Origin: Porphyridium purpureum
Lineage: Eukaryota
Reading direction: 5' to 3'
NCBI GenBank assembly: GCA_008690995.1
Contig: VRMN01000003.1
Coordinates: 1,488,001-1,552,000, forward strand
Length of the DNA: 64,000 nt
Shown one piece after another: positions 9,679 through 19,882 of the stretch. Under the pieces are notes generated by a model. It saw nothing but the letters and a program-made list of their open reading frames with translations. It was not told where the DNA came from and ran no database searches. Made by a program: the position numbers and the translations under genes. How positions within the stretch are numbered: the stretch's first letter is position 1; every line of letters begins with the position of its first letter.

Positions 9679-12282
9679 TCATCGCTTCCGATTAGATGTG
9701 CCTACTGCTGCAGCCTTTCTTGAATTTGACGCGGCCTTTGACTTTGCCTGTCCTTTCGACTTGGGGTTTGGAATAGATTTGAGTCCCTTGTCATTCAGAT
9801 TACTGGTCGTGCCATCTCCAGACTCACTTTCGTCCACGTCACCGCTCTCGTCCTTCTCTTCTGGCTCCTCGTCCAGTACTGTGTCATCCTCTCGCTTGAC
9901 CTTCGGCTCCTCCGAAGCGCCCTTTTTACCCTTGGCCAGGTGAGCGGCAGAGACAGTCGAGAGGCGGAGCCCGCTTTCACGTTCCTTCAACTTCACAGTA
10001 AGCTGCTTCTTCGTTCCCGCCTCAATGCTTTGGAGCAACTTGTTCCCTTCAAGCGTGATATCAAAGAGCATATCAAAGTCATCCTTCGAAAGATAGTAGT
10101 CAGTCAAACTATCGACCACAGCGTCAACATGGGCGAGCCCCGATCGACCCCTTATCATGTGGCCACATCGGTGCGCCAGGTGCGGAACGTACTCGAGGCG
10201 AGTCTCGCGCCATGAGCCGGCTCCTGTTTGCGGAGTCATGTGCATATTAAGCTCACGCATGAGTCGAATGTTTTTGTTGGCGGAAGACAGCTTACCAAGA
10301 AACGCGGGAAATTCAGGGCGCCCGAAGCCTTGATAAATGGAGGTCGGGCGCACGGAGCTCATGACCGCATGTGCCGGAAGCAATGACCAATTCTGCTCGC
10401 CGCGAATCATTTGAGACAACAAGTCACTTTCAGAAAGCGAGTCCGCAGCACAAACGAACGCATCCATATCCCCGTCTCTTCCATTCAGGTAATTGTGGTG
10501 CACAAAAAGTGGCACCAAGTCCATATCCATGAAGTAGGCGTCCACCCGGTCCGCAATCGAGTGCTGCTGTGCTGGGTTCCCGGAAAAGTACCGCATGTAC
10601 ACATCGAAAATTCCCATATCAATATTGGATTTCCCCCCACTTTCCATACGCTGCTTCACATCTGTGAAGCTCAAGCTGTCGGCCGACACGCGCCACGACT
10701 GTAAACAATTGATCATCTGCCGCAAGTCGCCCTGGCAAGTCTCGGCCAACTTGTCCAAGGTGGTAACCTGGATGCTTTGGAAACCTTCTTGTTCGGCGAT
10801 CAACTGTAAACGCCCTCGCACTTGGCTTGCCATGGGGCGACGAAACTTCAGCTTCAGGCAGTAGCCTGCCAGAGTGCGAATCTTTGGAGAGGAGTCGTCA
10901 TTCGCTATACAAATGATTGGCACCTTTGTGGTCTTGATGAGCTGGATCAATTCCTGCGAGCCACCTCGATCACCGCTCGACATCCCATCTACTTCATCCA
11001 TGATGATCACGTGTCCGTTCGCTGCACTAGTCGACCCATTCACAAACTTTCCAATTGATGCATTGCTTGTTAAGAGTCCCACTCGGTCGTGCACCGCAGC
11101 CTTGTTCCTCACTTCACTTGCGTTAAATTCAATCGCCTCCATTCCAAGTTCCTTGCACAAAATATGAGCGAGAGTGGTTTTGCCGGTACCAGGAGGACCT
11201 GAAAAGAGTAAGGCTCGTTCTTTGGGACCATTGGAGCTCAATTTCTTGCCCTTTGTGATGACTGTCTTGGATGAGAACCTTTCCCTCCACGTCTTGATAA
11301 ATTGGTATGCTTGCTGTGCCAACGAGGGGTTCGCACACAGTTCAGACATTCGCGTCGGTCTGTACTTCTCCACCCAAAGTTGTTCACCCGGTGCGGAAGC
11401 TGAGCTTCCACGAGAGGCTCGCGTTGATGCAACGCGCCCGTGCTCCGACTTGTTGACTGCCACCGTCTTGGATCTTGGTTGCGGTGACGCAGAGACTGGT
11501 ACCGATGGAGAGTCTCTAATCATTCTCAAAAATTCATTCTCGTCAATTACAGTCGTCGCTGCCTGTGTGCGAGCCTGCTTCTCTTTTGACTCGCTGCCAT
11601 CTGCGCCCAGAACGAGATGCGTAACCCTTCCGGACATGGCAGAGACCACCCTTCCCCCGTGCATCTTGCACAGGTCAACCGCATCCTCACGTTCGAAAGA
11701 CGGAAGAACGCCTGTAAAAACAAAAGTTTTTCCAGCCAGACAGTTCGGCGCTCCCGTCGGCATTTGTGTCTGACCTTTGAATGGTGGGGGTGGTCGCTCC
11801 CACTTTGGGCCATTTGTTGCCGGGCGGCTGCCCGAGCTATACGTGCGAACCGCAGCGGCAGCTCCGCGCTCCACTGACCCGAAATCATGCACATCACCTG
11901 CAGCTGCCTGGCCTGGAATCTGCCCCGATGCTGCCTTATCTCTGCGCTCTGGTACCCAAACTACCGTTGATTCCTTTCCTTGCTCCCGTGCTGTATTCGG
12001 AAATCCGCGCGTGAGTTCAGGTTTGATCCTCGGCAACGCTCCAGCCACCACCCCTCCATCCAAATCAGTGCCGTTCTCGCTTTCACTGTCAACGTCAACG
12101 ACCACCACCCTTCTCTTTGCGCGGGTCGGAGCCGACGGCGCGAGCGCGTGATCCTCTGCAGGCACCAGTTCAGCTGCGCGCTTCTTGGCCGGAGCGGCCT
12201 CTGGGCGCCGCTGCTCGTTCTCAGTTGCCGATGCCGAAGCATCCGCGGCGCTACCGCCCTTCCGGTGCAAGAACTTGTCCAT
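9679..12282 (-). CDS. RFC1: Replication factor C subunit 1
   Basis: BRCT domain (GAPNCLAGKTFVFTG), LWVEKYRP, Walker A GPPGTGKT, IMDEVDGMSSGDRGG and an RFC1 C-terminal domain. Confidence 0.96.
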   Translation of the reverse strand: MDKFLHRKGGSAADASASATENEQRRPEAAPAKKRAAELVPAEDHALAPSAPTRAKRRVVVVDVDSESENGTDLDGGVVAGALPRIKPELTRGFPNTAREQGKESTVVWVPERRDKAASGQIPGQAAAGDVHDFGSVERGAAAAVRTYSSGSRPATNGPKWERPPPPFKGQTQMPTGAPNCLAGKTFVFTGVLPSFEREDAVDLCKMHGGRVVSAMSGRVTHLVLGADGSESKEKQARTQAATTVIDENEFLRMIRDSPSVPVSASPQPRSKTVAVNKSEHGRVASTRASRGSSASAPGEQLWVEKYRPTRMSELCANPSLAQQAYQFIKTWRERFSSKTVITKGKKLSSNGPKERALLFSGPPGTGKTTLAHILCKELGMEAIEFNASEVRNKAAVHDRVGLLTSNASIGKFVNGSTSAANGHVIIMDEVDGMSSGDRGGSQELIQLIKTTKVPIICIANDDSSPKIRTLAGYCLKLKFRRPMASQVRGRLQLIAEQEGFQSIQVTTLDKLAETCQGDLRQMINCLQSWRVSADSLSFTDVKQRMESGGKSNIDMGIFDVYMRYFSGNPAQQHSIADRVDAYFMDMDLVPLFVHHNYLNGRDGDMDAFVCAADSLSESDLLSQMIRGEQNWSLLPAHAVMSSVRPTSIYQGFGRPEFPAFLGKLSSANKNIRLMRELNMHMTPQTGAGSWRETRLEYVPHLAHRCGHMIRGRSGLAHVDAVVDSLTDYYLSKDDFDMLFDITLEGNKLLQSIEAGTKKQLTVKLKERESGLRLSTVSAAHLAKGKKGASEEPKVKREDDTVLDEEPEEKDESGDVDESESGDGTTSNLNDKGLKSIPNPKSKGQAKSKAASNSRKAAAVGTSNRKR

Positions 12283-12495
12283 TCCACGCTCGCCGTTCGA
12301 GCTACACACCCACTTGGCGTCTTTGTTGCGGTCTCGTCCCGTCCCACTTCCTCACATCGCCCACCAGACCGATCGGACCGCGCGCGCGCAAAACATGTCG
12401 GTCCCAGCTCGAAACCGATTGAACCGATTTCGCTTCACACTAAAACATGTCCAAAACATCAGGACGCTTGGAACCTTTCGCGCCAGTCCGTGGAG

Positions 12496-12616
12496 GTACA
12501 GTGTCACGCAAGCGCGTTCAAACGCGCTAAAAAGCGCCAATGGATGAAGTACAGTTATCGCTGTACTTTTTTACTGTACCTTCTTTTTTACACTTTGACT
12601 GTACTTTTGTGTACAG
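12496..12616. promoter_or_regulatory. Cluster of six GTACAG/CTGTAC motifs in the RFC1/SEC20 divergent promoter
   Basis: GTACAG at 12496, 12549 and 12611; CTGTAC at 12561, 12574 and 12599. Confidence 0.7.
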
Positions 12617-12722
12617 TGGAAGAGGGGAGCAATTCGTGCGAGGCGTGCAAGGTGGACTGCAGGAGACAGCGTGGTGGTGGTGGTGGTTTACGGTGTGAGA
12701 ACGCTTGGGAAGGCTTGGAAAG

Positions 12723-15700
12723 ATGGAGGATGATCGGCTCGGTGAGCTTGTGGGACAGGCGCAGGCGCTTGTGGCTGCGGCGTGTATGCCGAATGCAGCG
12801 AGCGCGAGCGCTGATGAGGCACGGAGGGGCGTGCGCCGCCTCTCACAGCGCCTGAAAGAACTGAGCTTGGATGCACTTGAGTTTGACTTTCCGTTCGCGG
12901 AAAAGTACGGCGGAAGCGATGGCGCACAGATGTGGGAGCAGGAGCGGAAGCGATTCGAACTGGTTGCGCAGGAAGTGCGGCGAATGGAGCTGCAGCTGCG
13001 CGCGGTTGCACTGCAACGCGGCAAGATCCCCGCTGCGCCGTCGCATGATCTGTCCGCTCAGCTGGTTGCGCGGCCGTCGCCGAGCTCACTGAGCCAGCTG
13101 CAGCAGCAAAATACTCTACAGACAGTTGATGCGCAGTCCACCAACGGACAGACTACCCACGACAGTCCGGCGGATTTGCTTGAGAAGGAAATTGTAAGAA
13201 GCTTGCATCGCACGAGGCAAGTGGTGGCTGCTGAGCTCGCGCGTAGCAGCGCAGTGTCCGTAACGCTGGCGCAGGATAACCGTAATCTGACCGAGTCCCG
13301 AAAGCAATACGGCCAGTACAGCGCGACGTCTGATCGCGGAAAGAAGAAACTGCGCGGCGTAGCGATTCGTGAACATTTTGATTCATTCGTCATTGTTTCA
13401 TTCCTAGTACTCTTTTTTGCGGTTTGCGCATACGTCGTCCAGCAAAGGGTAAGAAATACATGGACCGTCAAACTAGGTACCAAGGTTGCGGCCCTCTTCG
13501 GTATTGGTCGAGGAAACGGCATGCTTGGCGACATTCCGTCTTGGGAGGATATGGAGGCGTCGCACGTCTTTTCAGAAGGGCCGATAGATATTGTACAAAG
13601 CAAACAGGATGGGCTCGGCAGTGTCCTTGGTGAAGCAGAGTCCCAAGGAACGCAAAGAGCCGACAGAATGGAGGCGGCACGTGACGGCATTACGCACAAG
13701 CCAGATTTGGACGCCAGGTTGGAAGATGATGACATGAGCTTGATATCTGAGCAAGACTTGAGCACTGGCCAAGGCCTAGGTGCGGAAATGTCAAAAGACG
13801 GGGCAGGATCGCAGGGGGATGTATTACATGACTATCGTGGTCTTGAAGACCCCGAGCGTGAGGCTGGTAGTGATCAGTCTCATCTAGGCGCTGAAAAACG
13901 AGACGCAATTGACTCTGATCCTGCCAAAGTGTCCTCAATGGGCGGCACAACTCCAGGTGAAGAGTACAGCAGTGATTCAGTCAGTTCATCGGGTACTGAA
14001 TCAGACGAAACCGGGATCGTAGGAGTGGAAGAGGATGATGATGAGGATTTCGGAAGCGAAGGCAACAGTATTTCTGCTGAGACTTTCGCTCAATTGAATG
14101 TGGGTGAGCATGTCAGGGAATCTTCGACGGCATGGACTGCGCTGGATGAGACCCCGACTTTAGAAGATCATGATTCACAGACAGCTTCTTCTGACGATCC
14201 TATGTGTCCAGGTGAAATGTCTGACGCATTCATGCATGCGAGAACTACAGTATTAGAAGGGCACGGACCTGAGCCTGTTGCATCGGCAGGCTCCGCCGAA
14301 TGGGAGGAACAAGACGAGCCACTTGGGCATGCCTTGAAGGATTCCGCACAATTGCGCGATCGCGAAGAAGATTGGGATGATGCAGGGATTCGAACGACGG
14401 CCACTGAAGCGGCCCGCTTGAGCAGTGTGGTCCTTTCACTGGAATCCGAAATGGAGGGCGGCGGAGAGGATGAAGAATCTGTCGCCTCTCCGGTTTCAAG
14501 CCAGTCAGATGCGAGCGTAGCCTCGGCTGAAGACGTTGCCACAAGGGAAGACACCGCATCGACAGAAGAAGCGAATTTGGCAGCTGCGTCCGACGCCACT
14601 GTTGCTGTGTCTGATAGGCACAATGACGAGGAAGACGAGGACGATTCCACGCAAGTGCCTGAAGGCATTCCCGACAGTGAGCAACCGAGCAACCAGGCAT
14701 CTGTAGAGAAGGCTGAGGCAAGTGTCCATGACGTTGACGCAAACGCTGTCCGTGATGATGCAGTGGCACTTGATAACCTAAATCTTGAAAATCGTGATGC
14801 GCGAGGCGAAGAATTACCGGATACCGCACCTGGAGTGCCCTCCGCATCGGTCGCAGGTGATGGTGAAGAAGTTTTTCCAGATTCATCTGCAGAGCAGCGC
14901 GAGTTCTTGAGCGATGGAGTGAAGAGCGCCGTCGAAACCCGAGACGAGCATGCCGTGCGCAGTGAAATAGGTGAAATTGAGCATTCGGAAGATGCTTTAG
15001 TAGGAGATGAACAGTGGCAGCAAGACGAAGTGAAAGAGCCCGATGAGAAGGAAGATTCATGTGCCGTCCCCGATGGAATCGCCGCTGGTGCTGAATATTT
15101 TCCTGCTTCTTCAGAGGGACCGGAGAATGAAGAAATTGCGTCATCGGACCCCCAAGCTACCTCTGTGAATAGTGCTAGCACGAACGAAGAGCGCGATGTG
15201 CCAGACGAAGACACTTTGAAGCCACATGCCGAAAGGACGCTTGCCCCGGCCGTACAGGTAGAGAACGGAGAGGGCGCTAAAGAGCAACATATCCCGGTGG
15301 AAGACGCCGACGAAGGTGCCACTGACACAGTAGCCAGAGATGATGAAGAAGAAGCTGGAGGAGATGAGAATGACGGTGATGTGGCGGACAAGGCAGCAAG
15401 CGTGGAAGCGAGTGCGTCTGAGGAGCAACGTTTGGACTCGCATGCGTCCCTTGAACCGAGAAATGGAAGGGCTGATGTTCTAGTCTTGTCGTCTCCACCA
15501 CCTGTGTCAATTGACGAGCTTTCTGAAGATCAGCATGAAGCAAGCGATGGCTCCTATGCGGGCTATGATAAAAATGCACGTGTCCGCCATGACAATGTTG
15601 CGATTGAGGAAAATGCTAGAGCTGCGGAAATGGTGCGCTCTTCCGGGAGTGACCAAGTCAGAAACACTGAGATTCCAACCTCTGCGGAGGCCGTAGCATC

Positions 15701-15917
15701 CGTTGCCGACTCGCTGAGCGAAGAACATGTGGTTGAGCAGCCGCATGAGGGCACGAATCTTGTGACTGATGATTCAGAAGAACGCGCAATTTCGCAGGAC
15801 GCGCTTGGCATTGATATGGAAGCTGAGCTACCTGCGCGTAGCGACGAAGCCGTTCCATCAGGACCGCCGCATTCAGAGATGGCCTCTGTACCATCAGATG
15901 TCAAAGACGAACTCTAA
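12723..15917 (+). CDS. SEC20: Sec20/BNIP1-like ER Qb-SNARE with very long acidic lumenal extension ending in KDEL
   Basis: SLHRTRQVVAAELARS..TL..LTE...Y followed by the TM segment FVIVSFLVLFFAVCAYVVQQR matches the Sec20 domain pattern. The C-terminus is VKDEL*. Confidence 0.75.
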   Translation: MEDDRLGELVGQAQALVAAACMPNAASASADEARRGVRRLSQRLKELSLDALEFDFPFAEKYGGSDGAQMWEQERKRFELVAQEVRRMELQLRAVALQRGKIPAAPSHDLSAQLVARPSPSSLSQLQQQNTLQTVDAQSTNGQTTHDSPADLLEKEIVRSLHRTRQVVAAELARSSAVSVTLAQDNRNLTESRKQYGQYSATSDRGKKKLRGVAIREHFDSFVIVSFLVLFFAVCAYVVQQRVRNTWTVKLGTKVAALFGIGRGNGMLGDIPSWEDMEASHVFSEGPIDIVQSKQDGLGSVLGEAESQGTQRADRMEAARDGITHKPDLDARLEDDDMSLISEQDLSTGQGLGAEMSKDGAGSQGDVLHDYRGLEDPEREAGSDQSHLGAEKRDAIDSDPAKVSSMGGTTPGEEYSSDSVSSSGTESDETGIVGVEEDDDEDFGSEGNSISAETFAQLNVGEHVRESSTAWTALDETPTLEDHDSQTASSDDPMCPGEMSDAFMHARTTVLEGHGPEPVASAGSAEWEEQDEPLGHALKDSAQLRDREEDWDDAGIRTTATEAARLSSVVLSLESEMEGGGEDEESVASPVSSQSDASVASAEDVATREDTASTEEANLAAASDATVAVSDRHNDEEDEDDSTQVPEGIPDSEQPSNQASVEKAEASVHDVDANAVRDDAVALDNLNLENRDARGEELPDTAPGVPSASVAGDGEEVFPDSSAEQREFLSDGVKSAVETRDEHAVRSEIGEIEHSEDALVGDEQWQQDEVKEPDEKEDSCAVPDGIAAGAEYFPASSEGPENEEIASSDPQATSVNSASTNEERDVPDEDTLKPHAERTLAPAVQVENGEGAKEQHIPVEDADEGATDTVARDDEEEAGGDENDGDVADKAASVEASASEEQRLDSHASLEPRNGRADVLVLSSPPPVSIDELSEDQHEASDGSYAGYDKNARVRHDNVAIEENARAAEMVRSSGSDQVRNTEIPTSAEAVASVADSLSEEHVVEQPHEGTNLVTDDSEERAISQDALGIDMEAELPARSDEAVPSGPPHSEMASVPSDVKDEL

Positions 15918-16159
15918 CGTCGAACGCAGGTCACTGTTTGTAGCAATGATAAAAGACGGCCAGCAAGGAGAGTTGGTGTTTGCCGAACTTCAATTGCGTT
16001 CTTCTGAGGAAAAAAGCTAGATTTCATAGAGAAAAGAAAGAAACAAAACAACGAATCTCTCGAAACGCGCTCTTCATTCCGACAGACGTGGGGAGGGAGA
16101 CAGGTGGGAGAGTCGCGCACGGGGTGACGGGGAGCAAGGAAGGGAAGGGAGGACGGGCA

Positions 16160-17038
16160 ATGTTTGGACGGGCGCGTCGGTTCTTCGGCATGGAGGGTTA
16201 CAAGTCGGTGGCAGCGGAAGACGAGTACGCTGCGGCGTCGTCTGGATTGGGCAAGGCAAGCATGGGCAAGGGCCCGGGTGCTGGCGCAAACGCGTCAGCC
16301 TCGGTGGAGCCCGCGTTCTCGGGGGATGGCCTGAGCGACTTTGACATCGGGACGTGCGTGGGTACCTCGAGCGTCGCCGTGCGCCTCGGCTTTATTCGAA
16401 AGGTGTACGGAATCCTCTCTGTGCAGCTCGCGCTCACCTTTGTGATTTCCTTGGCATTCATGCTGGTGACGCCCATGCGCCACTTCATCATGGCAAACCA
16501 GTGGTTCGTCATGGTGAACATGGTTGCCACGTTTGGCCTGATTATTGCGCTGATGTGTTTCAAGGACCACCATCCGCTCAACATGAAGCTTCTGATGGGT
16601 TTTACGGCATGTGAGAGTGTTCTGGTCGCGTCCGTTTGCGCAGCGTACGCGGAAGTCGGGCTCGGCTATGTGGTCGCCGAGGCGTTTTTCATCACCATGT
16701 GTGTGTTTGGTGGTTTGACAGCCTACTGCTTCATCTCGAAGAAAGACTTCTCCTTCCTGGGCGGATTCCTGTACGCGTCGCTGACGTCTCTCCTGCTTGC
16801 TAGCATCGTGAACATTTTCTTGTACATGTTCCACTCACCGTTGGCAAACTTTATGAACTTTGCCATCGCATGCTTTGGCTCGCTGCTGTTTTCCGGGTAC
16901 ATTCTGTTCGATACGAGCAACATCATCCACTCGTATTCGGCAGACCAGTACATCGAGGCGGCTGTGGCACTTTACCTTGACCTGATCAACTTGTTCCTGT
17001 ACATTTTGCGAATTCTGGGCTCGCGTGATCGCGACTAG
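16160..17038 (+). CDS. Bax inhibitor-1 / TMBIM (Lifeguard/GAAP-type) membrane protein
   Basis: VRLGFIRKVYGILSVQL, KKDFSFLG, YILFDT and YIEAAVALYLDLINLFLYILRIL. Confidence 0.93.
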   Translation: MFGRARRFFGMEGYKSVAAEDEYAAASSGLGKASMGKGPGAGANASASVEPAFSGDGLSDFDIGTCVGTSSVAVRLGFIRKVYGILSVQLALTFVISLAFMLVTPMRHFIMANQWFVMVNMVATFGLIIALMCFKDHHPLNMKLLMGFTACESVLVASVCAAYAEVGLGYVVAEAFFITMCVFGGLTAYCFISKKDFSFLGGFLYASLTSLLLASIVNIFLYMFHSPLANFMNFAIACFGSLLFSGYILFDTSNIIHSYSADQYIEAAVALYLDLINLFLYILRILGSRDRD

Positions 17039-17193
17039 GCCGCGGTGGCGTGACTGTGCCTGGCGACGTGGCTCGAAAGAGGCGAGCAGGTTTTCTTGGG
17101 CACGTTGATGAGCCGCGCGCTGGGTCTGAACGGCTGTAGAGAATACATTGTATGTGTGGTTTATCATTTTATCTACAAGGCGGGAGCTGTTGG

Positions 17194-17565
17194 TTACCAT
17201 TCATAAAAGAAGGACAGGTTGAACCCTTCGTATCCCATGATGCCGCACGTGATATTGTACGCGCTCCACACGCCCGGCACAAAGCAAATGGCTCCGACGA
17301 CCACCAGCGCAATGCCCTGGTGGCGGTCTGCGGCGGTCGCGGTAACAAGTAGCGGCACGCCGACGGCGAGCAGGACGAACCCTACGCCGAGAATGAGCGA
17401 CGTGAACAGCATTGCGCGGAGCGGCCACTGCTTGAGCGCGCCGCCGCGCGCGACAGTGCTCCACGGGTCATCGAAGCCCTGCGACAAAAACCGCCGCGGC
17501 TTGTCATCCAGACTATAAAGCTCGCGCGGGATACTATCCCTCTCCCCTTTACTGGCCGAACTCAT
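17194..17565 (-). CDS. TMEM230/TMEM134-family small membrane protein
   Basis: Two TM helices followed by GAICFVPG.W.AY...GYEGF, which resembles the family motif FLPG.Y....A.KGY.GY. Confidence 0.7.
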   Translation of the reverse strand: MSSASKGERDSIPRELYSLDDKPRRFLSQGFDDPWSTVARGGALKQWPLRAMLFTSLILGVGFVLLAVGVPLLVTATAADRHQGIALVVVGAICFVPGVWSAYNITCGIMGYEGFNLSFFYEW

Positions 17566-17690
17566 CCCACAACCACGCCTCCACCCTCCTTGCCCCTCAC
17601 CACCAACAAATGTCCGTCTCTTTCTCGCGCACCAGAGCAGCGCCCTTCTCCACTCGTTGCGAGAAAATCATCCCAGCAGGTTGTGCATGT

Positions 17691-17758
17691 GTACAGTGAT
17701 ATTCACGGAGGTACAGTGACGTTCCAAGGTGTACAGTGATACTCTTAGCGGTACAGTG
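17691..17758 (+). promoter_or_regulatory. Four GTACAGTG motifs at an exact 20-bp period in the TMEM230/PPAN divergent promoter
   Basis: Copies start at 17691, 17711, 17731 and 17751; the intervening 12-mers differ. Confidence 0.7.
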
Positions 17759-17837
17759 CGGCACGGCGGTGAAGGCGTGAGGGGAGGCGATGTGGGACAG
17801 ATGTGGAGTGGGGGACGGAGGGAGAGAGCAAGTGAGG

Positions 17838-18929
17838 ATGCCGCAGAAACGGGGACGAAGGCGGAAGACGCGCACGCACGTGCGCGCGGTGGAGGAGGGC
17901 GGCTCGGATGGCGTTCCGAGGTCGTTTGTGGTGCGCCGCGGCGCTGTGCCGCACGGCGTCAAGGCGCTGATTGGCGAGCTGCGACAGGCGTTCATGCCGC
18001 ACACCGCCGCGCATCTGCGCGAGCGCCGCTCCAACTCGCTCAAGGATTTCGAGGCTGTTGCCGGGAAGCTTGGCGTCACGCACATGTGGATGTTCTCTGC
18101 TACAGATTGGGGCGTGTATGCTCGCATGATCCGATTGCCGCGAGGACCCACATTAACGTTTCGGCTGCAGGAGTACTCACTCAGTGCGGATATAAAGGCA
18201 CTTCAGAGAAGACCCGCCTCGCTGGTCAGTGACGACCTGCGCGAGCCGCCCTTGCTGGTCCTGAATCATTTCTCCGCCGAACTGCCGCACGTCCGCATTG
18301 CACGCGCCGCGCTGGAGAACATGTTTCCGAAAATTGACGTGCGCACCTGCGTCTTGTCGAGAATCCGCAGAGTGCTGCTGGTGGACTATGACGATGAGAA
18401 CACGAGATTGCATTTCCGCCACTATAAAATCCTCATTCAGCCCGTGGGGCTGTCCCGAACGGTGCGGAAGCTGGTGGTGCGGCACAAGGTGCCAAAATTG
18501 ACTGGCATGAGCGACATTTCCGAGCTCGTGAATGGCGATGGCGATGGCCACTTCCTGGAAAGCTCGGAATCAGAAGGCGAGGGACCGCAGGAGGCGCACG
18601 TCACGCTGCCGCAGAACGTGGGCAAGAAACGTAAACAGGGCGGGCGAAACACAATCAAACTTGTAGAAGAAGGCCCGCGCTTGAGCCTCGACCTGGTCAA
18701 AATTGAGGACGGAGTTTGCGCCGGCGAGGTGCTTTTTCACAGCCGGATTCATCTGGACGATGCGAACGCTGAGCAGAAGGCCGCCGAAGCACGCGAGAAG
18801 CGGAAAATCAAGGAAACACGCCGTGCTCTTCAGGAGAAGGCTGTACATGAAAAGAAACAGCACGCAGAGGAGAAGCAGGAAAAGAAGCGAAAAAGGCGCG
18901 AGGCGCGCGAGCGAGAACGCGATCAGTGA
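17838..18929 (+). CDS. PPAN: Peter Pan / Ssf1 Brix-domain ribosome biogenesis factor
   Basis: PRSFVVRRG, MPHTAAHLRERRSNSLKDF, RLPRGPTLTF, PPLLVLN, FRHYKI and IKLVEEGPRL.L.LVKIEDG.C.GEVLFH. Confidence 0.95.
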   Translation: MPQKRGRRRKTRTHVRAVEEGGSDGVPRSFVVRRGAVPHGVKALIGELRQAFMPHTAAHLRERRSNSLKDFEAVAGKLGVTHMWMFSATDWGVYARMIRLPRGPTLTFRLQEYSLSADIKALQRRPASLVSDDLREPPLLVLNHFSAELPHVRIARAALENMFPKIDVRTCVLSRIRRVLLVDYDDENTRLHFRHYKILIQPVGLSRTVRKLVVRHKVPKLTGMSDISELVNGDGDGHFLESSESEGEGPQEAHVTLPQNVGKKRKQGGRNTIKLVEEGPRLSLDLVKIEDGVCAGEVLFHSRIHLDDANAEQKAAEAREKRKIKETRRALQEKAVHEKKQHAEEKQEKKRKRREARERERDQ

Positions 18930-18948
18930 AATAGGTCCTAGTTCACAG

Positions 18949-19737
18949 TCAGCTGCTCTTAGATTTGAGTTCGTTCCGGCTGCATGGCGCTCGCTGCCAT
19001 TCCCGCAAGGTGCGATGCACCTGCACGAAGAAAAGTACGACATGAGGTATGTAAATGGTACTGATTCCTGCCAAGCATGGCCACCGCATAACACTTGAGA
19101 ACAAATGGCGCCATGGGGTTTCCGTACTGAGTGCGATGACATGAATCATGTACAAGGGCGCAGCGAGACACGACCAGAAAATCACCAAATTTCCTGTGAC
19201 GTTCAGAATGTTGACCATGGCGTGGGTGTGCTTGCCGAGCTTGTACCAAAACCATCGCAACTCGTTCGAAATATGCCCAGCCGATGAGATCAAGAAACAC
19301 GACGCCGCGAATGCTCCCTTGCGCATTTGAAAGTTCATGGAAAGCAAAAGAATCGTGATGACGTGGTGCATAACCCAGCCGAACCGGTGCTTCACTTTCG
19401 GATGCACCATCCACAGAAACGTGTCGTACAGATAAAAGGCCGCAACCAGGACGAACCCAAAGTGTGCACATTCCGAATAGGCTCGCAGAGGATCACGCCG
19501 AGTCTCGGTGTCGAAAAAAATGACAAACAGATTAAAGATGAGCTGAACGCTCTGCGCCAGCAAGTTCAGCGCTCTTTGGCCTGCGTCAAATAGCAAGACA
19601 AAGTTCTCCAGATCTGTCTGCGTACGTGATTGGAGGCGTCGCTCCCATCCACGCAAGGCATCTGTTAACAATCGGTGAACGGCGCAAATCCCCAAGAGGG
19701 CAGCCACGAGCAGCACGGCGTCCGGCAGATCCTTCAT
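18949..19737 (-). CDS. TLC (TRAM/LAG1/CLN8)-domain membrane protein
   Basis: Multiple TM helices with the FYLYDT and VMHHVIT (HH) motifs. Start placed at ATG 19737. Confidence 0.65.
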   Translation of the reverse strand: MKDLPDAVLLVAALLGICAVHRLLTDALRGWERRLQSRTQTDLENFVLLFDAGQRALNLLAQSVQLIFNLFVIFFDTETRRDPLRAYSECAHFGFVLVAAFYLYDTFLWMVHPKVKHRFGWVMHHVITILLLSMNFQMRKGAFAASCFLISSAGHISNELRWFWYKLGKHTHAMVNILNVTGNLVIFWSCLAAPLYMIHVIALSTETPWRHLFSSVMRWPCLAGISTIYIPHVVLFFVQVHRTLREWQRAPCSRNELKSKSS

Positions 19738-19882
19738 AAGGGTCGCCTTTGAGTCGAACGCCTCACGAGGGTAGCTTTGCCGTCCTAGTCGAAGTGAAAG
19801 AGGGGGATTTGATTCGGTGATTTGTTGGGAGTGGGAGGGGTTAGGTAGGGCTAGCCTCATTTGTGACTTCAGAACGTGGGGC

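Noticed and set aside
14168..15391. Long antisense or alternative-frame ORFs (e.g. 407 aa here; also 3977-4702, 11980-12855, 20090-20899, 58479-59369)
   Set aside because: These are shadow ORFs expected opposite real genes in GC-rich DNA, and they carry no motifs.
17691..17758. Repeat-spacer pattern as a mini CRISPR array
   Set aside because: The 8-bp repeats and 12-bp spacers are far too short, there are no cas genes, and the context is eukaryotic. It is treated as a promoter motif array instead.
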